NCBI GenBank assembly: GCA_965237525.1
Contig: CBDEFO010000008.1
Span: 224,001 to 288,000, forward strand
Direction of reading: 5' to 3'
Source: Candidatus Latescibacterota bacterium
GTDB taxonomy: Bacteria > Latescibacterota > CBDEFO01
DNA length: 64,000 nt
The notes below the pieces were generated by a model. The model was not told where the DNA came from and did no database searches. It saw only the letters and a list, made by a program, of their open reading frames with translations. Below, piece by piece: positions 53,232 to 64,000 of the stretch; position 1 is the stretch's first letter; each line of letters starts with the position of its first letter. The position numbers and the translations under genes are program-made.

Positions 53232-54523
53232 TGTACTGCCCCCCAGGAAAGCGACACCAATTAAGCGACCTAGGGTAGTAGATAGAATTGTTTTCTCCAC
53301 TCTTCTGGGGTCTTATATCCCAGGGATGAATGAAGCCTGTTCTTGTTGTAATTATCGATCCACTGAGATATGATCTTCTCAGCCTGTTCAAAGGATTCAA
53401 ACTTGTGAAGCCAAACACACTCTTGCTTGAGGGTCCTGAAAAAACGCTCTACAACACCGTTCCAATCGGGCTTACCACTTGGTATGTATTCCTGACGAAT
53501 TCCCCAATATTCGGTACTCGCCAAATAGGCCCGAGCCAAAAAGATGGAACCATTGTCAGAGCGCAAAGTGAGACCCTGGGGGACAGCCTCTTTGGAGGTG
53601 TATCGAGAGATCACGGCCCGATCCAGGGCATCTGTGGCCTCCAGTGCCCTCCCTCTTCGACTAAAACGATACCCGGGGAACCTCCCGACTCCCGTTGTCC
53701 ACCACCGCAATAAGAGGACACCAACCATCTTTTCCACAATAGATCTTGGTCAAGTCAGCCGACCAGAGACTGTCAGGATGATCCATCACAGAACGCTTCT
53801 GGGCAACCTGTGGCCCCTTTCTCCCGGGGTCCCCGATTGATTCTATCGGGGACCCCACAGCTTACACTGCCACCCCTTAAGCTTCATTATCCTATGAACC
53901 TTCTTGATGTTGACATATGCCCCTTCCTTGAAACGAAGATGCGCCCAAACCCGCCTGTGACCAAATGCCTCTTCTTGGTCGAGTATCCCTCGAACACGAA
54001 AAGCAAGCTGTCCATCTATCATAGACTCTTCGACAGAAGAACTGACACCTCTATACCTAAGCCTATACAGAGTCGAACGATGCAAACCCAAAGCCAAAGC
54101 TACCACCTTACGGGAATAGCCTCGACCCAAAAACCGCCCACTCAAGGCAACCGCTTCGTTTTTTTTAGACGGGCTACCTCCTCGAGTATCTCCAACTGGA
54201 GGGTTAACTGCCCTACCTTACGCTCCAACCGGCTGACCTCCCGCTCCTTCGGATCCTTGCGACCACGCCGAGACTTCAGACTCTCCTGGCCTCCTTCCAG
54301 GAAACTATCACGCCAGGCATACGCCTGTGACTGGCTAATTCCATTCTTCCGACACACCTCTGATACATCCGCTCCTTTCAAAACAGCCAACACCACCTCT
54401 ACCTTACGGGTCGCCGTCCAGCGCTTACCATCTTTCACTTCGGGGCTTGACAATTTGACCTCCCTTCTCAAACCCCAATTTGCGAAATATTTGTCGCTCT
54501 GTCAAGGGGAACGGTATGTTACA
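53232..54523 (-). mobile_element. Defective IS3-family element (orfA 54142-54471; orfB 53270-54145, broken twice); ends approximate
   Basis: orfA HTH; orfB motifs FGHRRVWAHLR, WSADLT, LRSDNGS, NGVVERFFRTLKQE, RLHSSLGY.TP. Confidence 0.85.
53830..53852. repeat. Palindromic mini-element disrupting IS3 orfB
   Basis: TCCCCGATTGATTCTATCGGGGA; removing these 23 bp gives the in-frame junction KLWG|PGRKG. Confidence 0.9.
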
Positions 54524-55010
54524 TCCTTAATTTCCCCTGTTTCTTAAACAATTTTTTCACTTTCTTTTTAACATGATCCCAGGTAGATCTCTCTTTCCAG
54601 CTTCCCCAACCATGATGAATTCCATACGAAACCCCATTGTTCAATATTTCCTCATATTCTTTGTCATTCCTCGGCGAGGGTGGATGAAAATACAGCCTTT
54701 CGGTTTCTTTAACATCATAATAATTATTCTTATAGTAAATCCTTGTAAGTAAGAGAGGGCCCGTAGCATCAACAACCTCAGTATAATTCCTATCAACAGG
54801 ATAGTTACTCTTTAAATCATCAATTACGTCTTTCCAGAACTGGTGCTTGGGAATTGAAGCAAAAACACAGTTCCCAATACCATCATAAGTGTCTCCAAAC
54901 TGCTTGCTTCTGTTTTTTGGTAATACTAAATTTGCTTCTTCGAAATCAAATCACTTTATCATCTCATAGTCAAGATCGAGATATAATCCCCCAATATCAT
55001 ACATTATTAA

Positions 55011-56529
55011 AAGCCTTGTGAAATAGTTATGTCCCAGGCAGCGTCTGAAGCGCCGATTATGGGTCAAAGAGTAGCATATCGTATCGTTTTGCTGTGGAAT
55101 AAGCAAAATAGTCTTATCAGAGTTCTGGTCAGCAAGGAATAGGAGCTGTTTGAAGAACAGGATGCACTGTCTTTGACAGACAGGGCACACATAGGCGCTT
55201 TCCCCCTTCTTATGAAAGATACAAGCCTCTTGAGATTCTGTACTGTTGCAACAAGATTCAACTGTTCATTCAGTGAGGCTGGTCCTCTGTAACGGGCTCG
55301 TCCCATACCGTGTTGTTGCCTGGCTTCAGCAAAGATATGTTCACTGCGTTTACGGAGTCTCCGGGAGAGTTTGTAGTCAGCTGTTAATGAGATAGACCGT
55401 GCATGATTTCTGGCTTTCGCCTCTCGCACTTTTCTATCCCGTTCGGCCTGAATATGTGCTGAATTTGTCTTGTTTTTCCATGTAGGAATCGGTTCAATCT
55501 TCTCATCGGCTCGCAGAGGAATATGGGGTATGATTCCCCGGTCAAGTACATCAGCGATAAAATTACCAGAACCGTAACCGGTATCGGCACTAAGTGTCTG
55601 AATGTCTTTGGGCATGGTGTATGTTTCAAGGTCATCTACCATCTTAAGGGCACTTTCGGGCTCTGCTGTCCCTGTCGCCTGCGTGCCCTGAGTCTCAAGG
55701 ATTACTCTGCTTTTTGTGTCGATCAGATCATGGCCCATAAACGAGAGAAAAGCCCCTTTGCCCTTCGATTTGCTGTATAAGCGCGCGTCGGGGCCTGTAG
55801 TCGAACGGTGTGTTTGGTTCGTCCACTTTTCACCATGAAAGTCTTTATCCTGAGGATGCCCGGACCTACCCTTTGTCTTATCACCTTCAAAACCGATTCC
55901 CTTGAGATAATCATCAAGAGAAACAGGGGGTTCTATCGGCTCAATACTTTTCACTGAAGCATCAGCTTGTATCTGAGTGCCGTCGACACTAAGGTGTTTA
56001 CCGCTCACAACACCGACATCTATGCAACACTGGACTACCTGACGCATTATCCGTTCAAACAACCCACTGGATGCCCACTTGTGATTGCGAAGCTTGTTGA
56101 TCGTGCTCCTATCCGGAACCGCATCCTCAAATGTCTGATGACAAAACAACCGATATGCCGCATGCATCCCCACTTCCTGACAGAGCCGATTCTCACTCAA
56201 ATTATACAGATAGCCAATAAGGATCATTCGAACAACTAATTCAGGATCAATACCGGGTCTGCCATTGTCAGGGCAATAACAATCTGATACAACGTCTCGT
56301 ACAAATGAAAAATCAACTGCCTCATCAATCTGACGAAGGATATGATCCTCGGGAACTAAATCCTCCATCTGAAAATAGTGAAACATCGGATTTGTCTGTT
56401 CCTGCTTTTGTGGGGTCATTGTTTCCTCCATATATAATATTATCAATAACATAATACAATACATCGGAGCTGCTTTATCAATGCTTGTTCTATACTACTT
56501 TCTGAATCTAAGGGTTTTTCACAAGGCTT
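55011..56529 (-). mobile_element. IS1182-family element, copy 2 (transposase 55064-56464)
   Basis: 1519 bp, same IRs; flanks TTAA and TTAG do not match. Confidence 0.95.
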
Positions 56530-56868
56530 TTAGCCTTTGTCAAGAAAAAAATGCCGTTTGTTGCGCTTAAATGCTATAATAACAAAAAATTATTGTCTGA
56601 AACGTGAAGGGTGAGAAATAGGACTATAAAATCGCGCAGCTTGGATTAGTTCTACAGACGCTTCAATTGCTCTTTAGTTCCCCCGATTCCACCTTCGTAA
56701 AAAAGTCCAACTTATCGGCCCTACATCACTCTACTTTTCATCTTCCTCCAAGTACCTGGCCCCAAATTGTAGGTCTCGCAACAACACTTGCATCTATCAC
56801 AGCCCGGAAGGAAAAGTGCTCCACTTCAAGAGTGATCGTATTCTCCCCGATGAAGCGTTATCTGGAAC

Positions 56869-57755
56869 CTATTTCATCAATACCAGTTTTCTCGTCTGAA
56901 CAAATCTATCTGTTTCCATCCGATACAGATAGATTCCACTGGCAACACTCTCACCGTTATTATCTTTGTCATCCCAGACTACAAAGTGACTGCCTGCGTC
57001 CATCTCGTTATCCACCAGTGTCGTAACCTTCTGTCCCATCATATTGTAGACAGATATAGCGACGTGGCTTCGGAGAGGAAGATCGTAGTGGATCACCGTC
57101 TCAGGGTTGAACGGATTAGGATAGTTCTGAGAGAGAGAATAGGCAGTCGGTATGTATTTCGGATCTTTGAAGCCGGATAGAGTTAGCCTGACCGTGAGTT
57201 GAACAGGGCCCAGTGTTCTATTATGTCGATGTCGTCTCTTGCGATCCCTTTAAGCTCTGCTCTGGAGAGGCTGAAAGTGACTTCGGACCCCACGGGCAGT
57301 TCACCCGAGGGTGTAAATGAGATTACGCCTAAAAGTCCGTCTCCGGAGGGAGTTGTCCTATGGTCGGGCTTCATAATGGCGTTGGCTACGATAATTCTAT
57401 CCTCCCTCTGTGTCTTCAAAAAGATGGGCGTTATGCCTCCTTTGGAGGATAGCATATTGACTTCCCCTCCTTCAGAAGATGCCTGCGTGGAAATATCGTT
57501 CCAGGAGAAGAGATTGCTGTCGTATTGGAGGTCTATGCGGTAAGCCGTCAGTTCAGATACGTCTTCTGCATAGACAGCCACATTTACAACCTGCTGATTG
57601 CCCTTATGAAGGTCGAGTCTCAGGGAGGCTGCGCTGTTTGTGCCCGCTACCGTCTCTGATAGAGGGAGCAGAGTAACGGTCAAAAGGACAACTACAATAA
57701 CTATGACTCTGGATGTCATGGTTTTCCTCCTTCCTTTAGGACTGATAGCGTACAT
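56869..57755 (-). pseudogene. Secreted cohesin-like + T9SS/FlgD-Ig C-terminal domain protein, frameshifted at ~57215
   Basis: Signal peptide; 'AYRIDLQYD...SGDGLLGVISF' cohesin-like segment; the other frame gives YSLSQNYPNPFNPET...WDDKDNNGESVASGIYLY...RKLVLMK. Confidence 0.75.
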
Positions 57756-57815
57756 CGCTCAGAAGCCAAGTCTATTTGTCTTCAGAGAATCACTGGTCAA
57801 TAGACAACTGTAAGA

Positions 57816-58210
57816 CTACCCCGACGTGCCGAAGTTATCCAGAAAGATCACAAAGTCAGACAGACCGATCTCTCCATTACTATCTAAATCGAAAATCGGA
57901 TTCCAATTGGGCGAACTGCTCGTTGTCCCGAACGCATCTAAGAAAAGGACAAAATCAGAAAGACCTACCTGATTGTTCTCGTCGAAATCTGCTGTCAGCA
58001 GTGGCGCGGTGGGTGCCGTCGTGACACTAGCTTGGTCCATCACAGCCCAGAAGGAGAAGCTTTCCACCTCGACAGTGATCGTATTCCCCACGGTGTCCAC
58101 CGCTACTATATCCTCCTCAGGTACTCCCTCAAAATCTCCCGTCTCCTCGTTCAGTGAGGCGACTGTCAGACTGTCCTCCTCAACCCCCTCAGGAATTTCT
58201 TCATCATTAA
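57816..58210 (-). pseudogene. C-terminal fragment of a secreted protein ending in a dockerin/EF-hand-like pair, truncated by IS1182
   Basis: ADFDENNQVGLSDFVLFLDAFG ... DLDSNGEIGLSDFVIFLDNFG. Confidence 0.75.
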
Positions 58211-59729
58211 AAGCCTTGTGAAAAACCCTTAGATTCAGAAAGTAGTATAGAACAAGCATTGATAAAGCAGCTCCGATGTATTATATTATGTTATTGATAA
58301 TATTATACATGGAGGAAACAATGACCCCACAAAAGCAGGAACAGACAAATCCGATGTTTCACTATTTTCAGATGGAGGATTTAGTTCCCGAGGATCATAT
58401 CCTTCGTCAGATTGATGAGGCAGTTGATTTTTCATTTATACGAGACGTTGTATCAGATTGTTATTGCCCTGACAATGGCAGACCCGGTATTGATCCTGAA
58501 TTAGTTGTTCGAATGATCCTTATTGGCTATCTGTATAATTTGAGTGAGAATCGGCTCTGTCAGGAAGTGGGGATGCATGCGGCATATCGGTTGTTTTGTC
58601 ATCAGACATTTGATGATGCGGTTCCGGATAGGAGCACGATCAACAAGCTTCGCAATCACAAGTGGGCATCCAGTGGGTTGTTTGAACGGATAATGCGTCA
58701 GGTAGTCCAGTGTTGCATAGATGTCGGTCTTGTGAGCGGTAAACACCTTAGTGTCGACGGCACTCAGATACAAGCTGATGCTTCAGTGAAAAGTATTGAG
58801 CCGATAGAACCCCCTGTTTCTCTTGATGATTATCTCAAGGGAATCGGTTTTGAAGGTGATAAGACAAAGGGTAGGTCCGGGCATCCTCAGGATAAAGACT
58901 TTCATGGTGAAAAGTGGACGAACCAAACACACCGTTCGACTACAGACCCCGACGCGCGCTTATACAGCAAATCGAAGGGCAAAGGGGCTTTTCTCTCGTT
59001 TATGGGCCATGATCTGATCGACACAAAAAGCAGAGTAATCCTTGAGACTCAGGGCACGCAGGCGACAGGGACAGCAGAGCCCGAAAGTGCCCTTAAGATG
59101 GTAGATGACCTTGAAACATACACCATGCCCAAAGACATTCAGACACTTAGTGCCGATACCGGTTACGGTTCTGGTAATTTTATCGCTGATGTACTTGACC
59201 GGGGAATCATACCCCATATTCCTCTGCGAGCCGATGAGGAGATTGAACCGATTCCTACATGGAAAAACAAGACAAATCCAGCACATATTCAGGCCGAACG
59301 GGATAGAAAAGTGCGAGAGGCGAAAGCCAGAAATCATGCACGGTCTATCTCATTAACAGCTGACTACAAACTCTCCCGGAGACTCCGTAAACGCAGTGAA
59401 CATATCTTTGCTGAAGCCAGGCAACAACACGGTATGGGACGAGCCCGTTATAGAGGACCAGCCTCACTGAATGAACAGTTGAATCTTGTTGCAACAGCAC
59501 AGAATCTCAAGAGGCTTGTATCTTTCATAAGAAGGGGGAAAGCGTCTATGTGTGCCCTGCCTGTCAAAGACAGTGCATCCTGTTCTTCAAACAGCTCCTG
59601 TTCCTTGCTGACCAGAACTCTGATAAGACTATTTTGCTTATTCCACAGCAAAACGATACGATATGCTTCTCTTTGACCCATAATCGGCGCTTCAGACGCT
59701 GCCTGGGACATAACTATTTCACAAGGCTT
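58211..59729 (+). mobile_element. IS1182-family element, copy 3 (transposase 58276-59676)
   Basis: 1519 bp, same IRs, inverted relative to copy 2. Confidence 0.95.
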
Positions 59730-60029
59730 TTAAAGAATGGACCATAGGATTAGCAGCAGTTATGATATTTCGCGGGAATTTCCTATAGATTTCATAAAAG
59801 TCTGGAAAACATTCTTTAACAAAATTGTTATTGTCCTCATCAGTCCATAGTTCATAATCCCAGTCAGGATGTAATTCTATTACTCTTTGCTGGAATAATC
59901 TCCATTTTTTAGGAATCTTATTCGTTTTCCATGTCTGATGGATAATTTTAGGTATCCTCATTTCCAAATTCGTTAGTATCTATACCACAAACCGGCTGTT
60001 ATAGGATGTGCCAGCTGGGTTGGGTCGGG

Positions 60030-60068
60030 GCGGCCTTACCATGCGACCGTAAGGCCGCTGCCTTTTTG
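60030..60068. terminator. Probable intrinsic terminator hairpin
   Basis: GCGGCCTTAC...GTAAGGCCGC 10-bp stem followed by a T run. Confidence 0.45.
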
Positions 60069-60092
60069 CAGTAGGAGAATTCCAGTCATAAA

Positions 60093-60920
60093 TCAGGTTT
60101 CAGATTTCTTTCGAGCAATGAATAAAAGAGAAAGATATGGCCTGTTTACTATACCTTCAAATTCCGTCTCAATTAGCTCTGCTATTTCGTTGAATAAACG
60201 CGAACGCCGACCTTCTTCCAAACTTCGATGATCTGAGAAGGTGTTGAGAAGCTTGATATAATCCGCTGTAGTAAAACCTCTTGTCCAAGCATAGGTTCTC
60301 ACCTGGACCCTCTCAAAAACCCCCATACTATTGATATAGGTTTCCTTCGAATTGATACTTTCTTCCATTGGTGGCGCGTCACTTGGATTTTTCCACTCAG
60401 GAACGATTTTCTGATATACCTTGTGAACGGATTTGAAGAAACCTGTATATGGGGTTGGATGAGAGTTGCTGAATATTGCGATAGATCCCATATCCTTTAA
60501 CACCTTGGCTGACTTAGGATAACCAATCTCTGGCGGAATCCAATGAAATGCTGTGGCAGACATTACAAGGTCAAAGGTATTCCCCTCAGCTTCCCATTCT
60601 TCAAAGGATGCGATCTCAATCTTCACCTGGGGATATGGCCGACACTTCTGGGCAGCAATAGCGGCAAGTTCTTTTCCGATATCCAAACAGAGTATGGAAT
60701 ATCCACGTTTGGCGAAAGGAAGAGTGGCTTGACCTGTCCCACACCCAATTTCGAGCAGCCTCCCTCCTTCTGGAATAGAGGAAATGGAGATTACGTCCTC
60801 AATTAGCTCCTCTGGATATCCAGGACGGACTGCATCATAATCCAGTGCAGCTTGATCAAAAATAGCTCGCAGCGTATTCTTTGAGCCAGACATAGCGTGA
60901 AGATCGGTATTCTTTGGCAC
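60093..60920 (-). CDS. Class I SAM-dependent methyltransferase
   Basis: YDAVRPGYP, LEIGCGTGQAT, SATAFHW. Confidence 0.9.
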   Translation of the reverse strand: MPKNTDLHAMSGSKNTLRAIFDQAALDYDAVRPGYPEELIEDVISISSIPEGGRLLEIGCGTGQATLPFAKRGYSILCLDIGKELAAIAAQKCRPYPQVKIEIASFEEWEAEGNTFDLVMSATAFHWIPPEIGYPKSAKVLKDMGSIAIFSNSHPTPYTGFFKSVHKVYQKIVPEWKNPSDAPPMEESINSKETYINSMGVFERVQVRTYAWTRGFTTADYIKLLNTFSDHRSLEEGRRSRLFNEIAELIETEFEGIVNRPYLSLLFIARKKSET

Positions 60921-61326
60921 AGAGTTCTTCTTCTCTTGGTAGATCTATCAGACTCTGCTTTATCAAAGTCGGCTCAAGGATCTATAACATTAAGACAAGT
61001 AAGGGTAGTTGGAAGTTTCAAGGGCGCCGGCGTTTCTGCCTTTGGGGCAGGCTGGCATTTTCCTATAACTTGCTATATCCGAACTATTTCGCATATATTT
61101 CCATTTCTGTGTGCTATCCGAAGTTCGGATATAGATCCCTCATTGCGCTGACCTTCGAAAAGCCGCTCTCATCGAAATCATAATAGCACAATTTACATGT
61201 ATTGTCAAGTCTAAAAGCGTCCCCTCATCCTCTTTTATATTTGCCTTCCTCTCTGGTTTTTCGTATATTCATAGCTATTCAAAATAGAACAGGCAAGTGC
61301 ATAAGACACTTACAGCGAATAGGCAG

Positions 61327-62077
61327 ATGACTCGCATACTTCTGACAAACGACGATGGATTTTGGTCTGAGGGATTGACGACCCTGAAACGGGAACTGTC
61401 ACGTCATTGGGATGTTGTGGTCATAGCCCCCGACAGAGAGCAGAGCGCTAAGAGCCACTCGCTGACCTTGACCCGTCCTTCTAAGAGTCAACAGGATAGA
61501 AGAGGATGCCTTCAGCGTGGACGGCACTCCTTCAGACTGCGTTATGCTGGGAACCTACGGACTTTTAGATAAAAAACCCGACCTGGTGGTCTCTGGGATC
61601 AATCACGGAGCCAATCTGGGGGACGATGTCACCTACTCCGGCACGGTTGCAGCAGCGATGGAGGGCACACTCTTAGGGATACCCTCAATAGCGATCTCAG
61701 TTGTAGGCGAGGACAAGCTGATATTCGATCAGGCGGCGGAGTTTGCCGTTCATCTGATAGAGAAAATTCTGCAGGAGGGAATGCCCGAAGAGACACTTCT
61801 GAACGTAAACGTCCCCAATTTCCCCAAAGACCGTTTAAAAGGGGTTAAGATCACAAAGTTGGGAAAGAGAATCTACAGGGATGGAATAGTTAAGAACACC
61901 GATCCGAGGGGAAAACCTTATTACTGGATAGGCGGGCAGGATCCCACCTGGATAGGCGGGGACGAGACCGACTTTGCTGCTGTTGAAGAGGGTATGATCT
62001 CAATTTTACCTTTACATTTAGACCTGACGAAGTATAAAGCCATAGGGGAGATGGAGAACTGGAGGATAGAACTGTAG
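61327..62077 (+). pseudogene. surE: 5'/3'-nucleotidase SurE with a +1 frameshift at ~61480
   Basis: ILLTNDDG...APDREQS, then VDGTPSDC, SGINHGANLG, YSGTVAAA in the next frame. Confidence 0.9.
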
Positions 62078-62106
62078 AGAACAAAGCGGGTACCAAGGTA
62101 GGACTT

Positions 62107-62688
62107 ATGAGGCGGCTTTACGACTGGGTGCTCGGCTGGGCGCACACTCCCTACGGTGCGCCTATGCTCTTTTTACTGTCCCTTGCTGAGTCTTCATTCT
62201 TCCCTATCCCGCCCGATGTCCTCTTAATGGCGCTGTCTATCTCCATCCCTAAAAAAGCCTTAAAATACGCCCTTTACTGCTCCGTCGGATCTGTCATCGG
62301 AGGAATCGTAGGCTACTTTATAGGAGCAGTCGGATACGAAGCTATCGGAAGGCACATCATAGAATTCTACGGTGCCACTGAAAAATTTAACTATGTTGCA
62401 AGTAAGTACAAAAAAAATGCATTTTCATTTATAGTAATAGCCGGTTTTACCCCGATCCCTTATAAGGTCTTCACCATAGCCGCAGGAGTCTTCGACATAA
62501 GGCTTTCGACGCTCGTGTTAGCATCGGCTATAAGCAGGTCCGCCAGATTCTTCATCTTAGCTGTCCTAATCCACATATTCGGCCCATCCATCAAATCCTT
62601 TATAGACAAGTACTTTAATATTCTCTCCGTGGCTTTCGTAGTTCTGCTGATATTAGGTTTTATAGTAATAAGGCTCATCGTGAAATAG
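62107..62688 (+). CDS. YqaA/DedA family membrane protein
   Basis: AESSFFPIPPD, GFTPIPYKVFTIAAG. Confidence 0.9.
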   Translation: MRRLYDWVLGWAHTPYGAPMLFLLSLAESSFFPIPPDVLLMALSISIPKKALKYALYCSVGSVIGGIVGYFIGAVGYEAIGRHIIEFYGATEKFNYVASKYKKNAFSFIVIAGFTPIPYKVFTIAAGVFDIRLSTLVLASAISRSARFFILAVLIHIFGPSIKSFIDKYFNILSVAFVVLLILGFIVIRLIVK

Positions 62689-62866
62689 TTATTTGACAGG
62701 TGATGACAAAGGTTTGATAGGAGGATATAGAACAGGAAGGTATTGCTATTGGTGTGGGAAGAAGCTGGCGTTGTGCTTAGCTAGCAAAGGGATGAACGGC
62801 TCAAGCTGAAATCCTCGTTGGGGCACTTGTTTATCCGCCATCTATTAGATTTAAAAAGAGAAATCT

Positions 62867-63675
62867 ATGGTATCAACCTGTAGGTTATGCGGTAGTCAAA
62901 ATTTAGAATTGTATTATACGCAAGGGAACAATAACCAATATAAATTCTATAAATGTGTAAATTGTAAACTTGTCAATTATGCTCTATCTACGGGACTGAA
63001 TCAGGAAAAGTATGCAGAGAGATATATTAATCCACAAGATCACAAACATAAACACAATTTAGGACAGACCGAAGCCTATAATTTCATTAAGCGACATATT
63101 GACAAACCAGGAAGGTTATTAGATATCGGTTGCGGTAACGGAAAATTGTTATTTCTTGCTCAAAAAGATGGCTGGAAAGTTAAAGGATTGGAGCTATCTG
63201 GTTTTTTGGCTGATTCCATAAAGAAAGCAGTAGGTATAGATGTCGAAGTTTCCAACTTTTTGGAATATAAAATTAGTGAAAATGATATTTTTGATGTTGT
63301 TGTTTTGAGGCACGTACTGGAACACCTTCCTGACTCTGTATTGGCAATGAATAAAATTAATGCAATATTAAAGACCGGTGGATACGCCGCATTAGAATTT
63401 CCTAACATTGAAGCTTTTGATTTGAATTGCCCTGATTCAAAAGATTTTTGGGGGAAATAGGGCTTCATAAAAAGAAATATTCACCAGATTATAAGCTTGG
63501 TCACTGTAATGAATTTTGTAAAGACTCATTTGAGTTCCTATTAGCAAAAACAGGATTCAAATTAGAAATATGGTACACTTATTCATCAAAACCCTTTTTT
63601 AAGCCATTATTTAATTTGCTATACAATATCTTTAATAGTGGCAATAAGGCAAGAGTATTGATAAGAAAGGCTTAG
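62867..63675 (+). pseudogene. Class I SAM-dependent methyltransferase with Zn-ribbon, frameshifted at ~63430
   Basis: CRLC...CVNC, LDIGCGNG, HVLEHL; continues in ORF 63448-63675; AT-rich. Confidence 0.75.
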
Positions 63676-63690
63676 ATCACGTAACATCTC

Positions 63691-64000
63691 TTATTTCCTC
63701 CCTCTTGGCGATTCCGAAATTCCCGCAATTCCTTCTCCCGAAACCGATCTATAGATTCCCCAGAGGACGATTATGCTACCTGCGATTCTGAGAGGCGTGG
63801 GAGTCTCATAAAGGATAAAATAGGCTAAAACAGCGGCTATGACAGGCTCGGCTAAGAGCGCTATAGATACATAGGAAGGAGAAATGCTCCCCAAAGCCCA
63901 GTTTATGGAGCTGTGGCCGATGATCTGCGGAACGAGGGCTAAAAGGAAAAGATAAAAGTACGTCTTTGGGGAATAACCCACGAATTCTTGACCGAAGATC
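63691..64000 (-). CDS. EamA/DMT transporter, C-terminal part
   Basis: PQIIGHSSINWAL...LAEPVIA. Confidence 0.85.
   Translation of the reverse strand, partial: IFGQEFVGYSPKTYFYLFLLALVPQIIGHSSINWALGSISPSYVSIALLAEPVIAAVLAYFILYETPTPLRIAGSIIVLWGIYRSVSGEGIAGISESPRGRK

Larger units (their letters stand above)
54519..59961 (-). pseudogene. GT32 (Och1/SUR1-like DXD) glycosyltransferase split into 59730-59961 and 54519-55010
   Basis: IPKIIHQTWK...LWTDED joins in frame via TTAA to IMYDIGGLYLDLD...ASIPKHQFW...TGP...HHGWGSW; extra TGA at 54951-54953. Confidence 0.85.

Noticed and set aside
54951..54953. In-frame TGA as selenocysteine in the GT32 remnant
   Set aside because: It is not at a Cys/redox motif, and the gene is already split by the transposon, so a nonsense mutation is more likely.

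Overview
Bacterial DNA, probably from an FCB-group lineage such as Latescibacterota. This is inferred from two PorV-like barrels, FlgD-Ig/T9SS-type C-terminal domains and dockerin/cohesin-like proteins. Gene content: a PorV-transglutaminase-TPR gene followed by two paralogous secreted beta-propeller genes; a tungstate ABC transporter (tupABC) behind a Zn alcohol dehydrogenase; sugar/acid catabolism genes (xylose-isomerase-like, DHDPS-like, RraA, three enolase-superfamily enzymes, two MFS); envelope genes (gmhA, GT2s); a peptide ABC-binding protein; peptidases; and surE. The window is rich in mobile DNA and decay: two copies of a 1302-bp IS, three IS1182-family copies, IS3 and ISL3 remnants, several tandem duplications and many frameshifts or nonsense codons. 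Three features not in the ORF track stand out. (1) A ~23-bp palindromic mini-element (TCCCCGATAGAWTCAATCGGGGA) has inserted at least 7 times, including in frame inside proteins. (2) A composite transposon formed by two IS1182 copies splits a GT32 gene and carries dockerin/cohesin cargo. (3) An unannotated CxxU Rdx/SelW-type selenoprotein lies at 52831-53064. All family assignments come from motif recognition by eye, not database searches.
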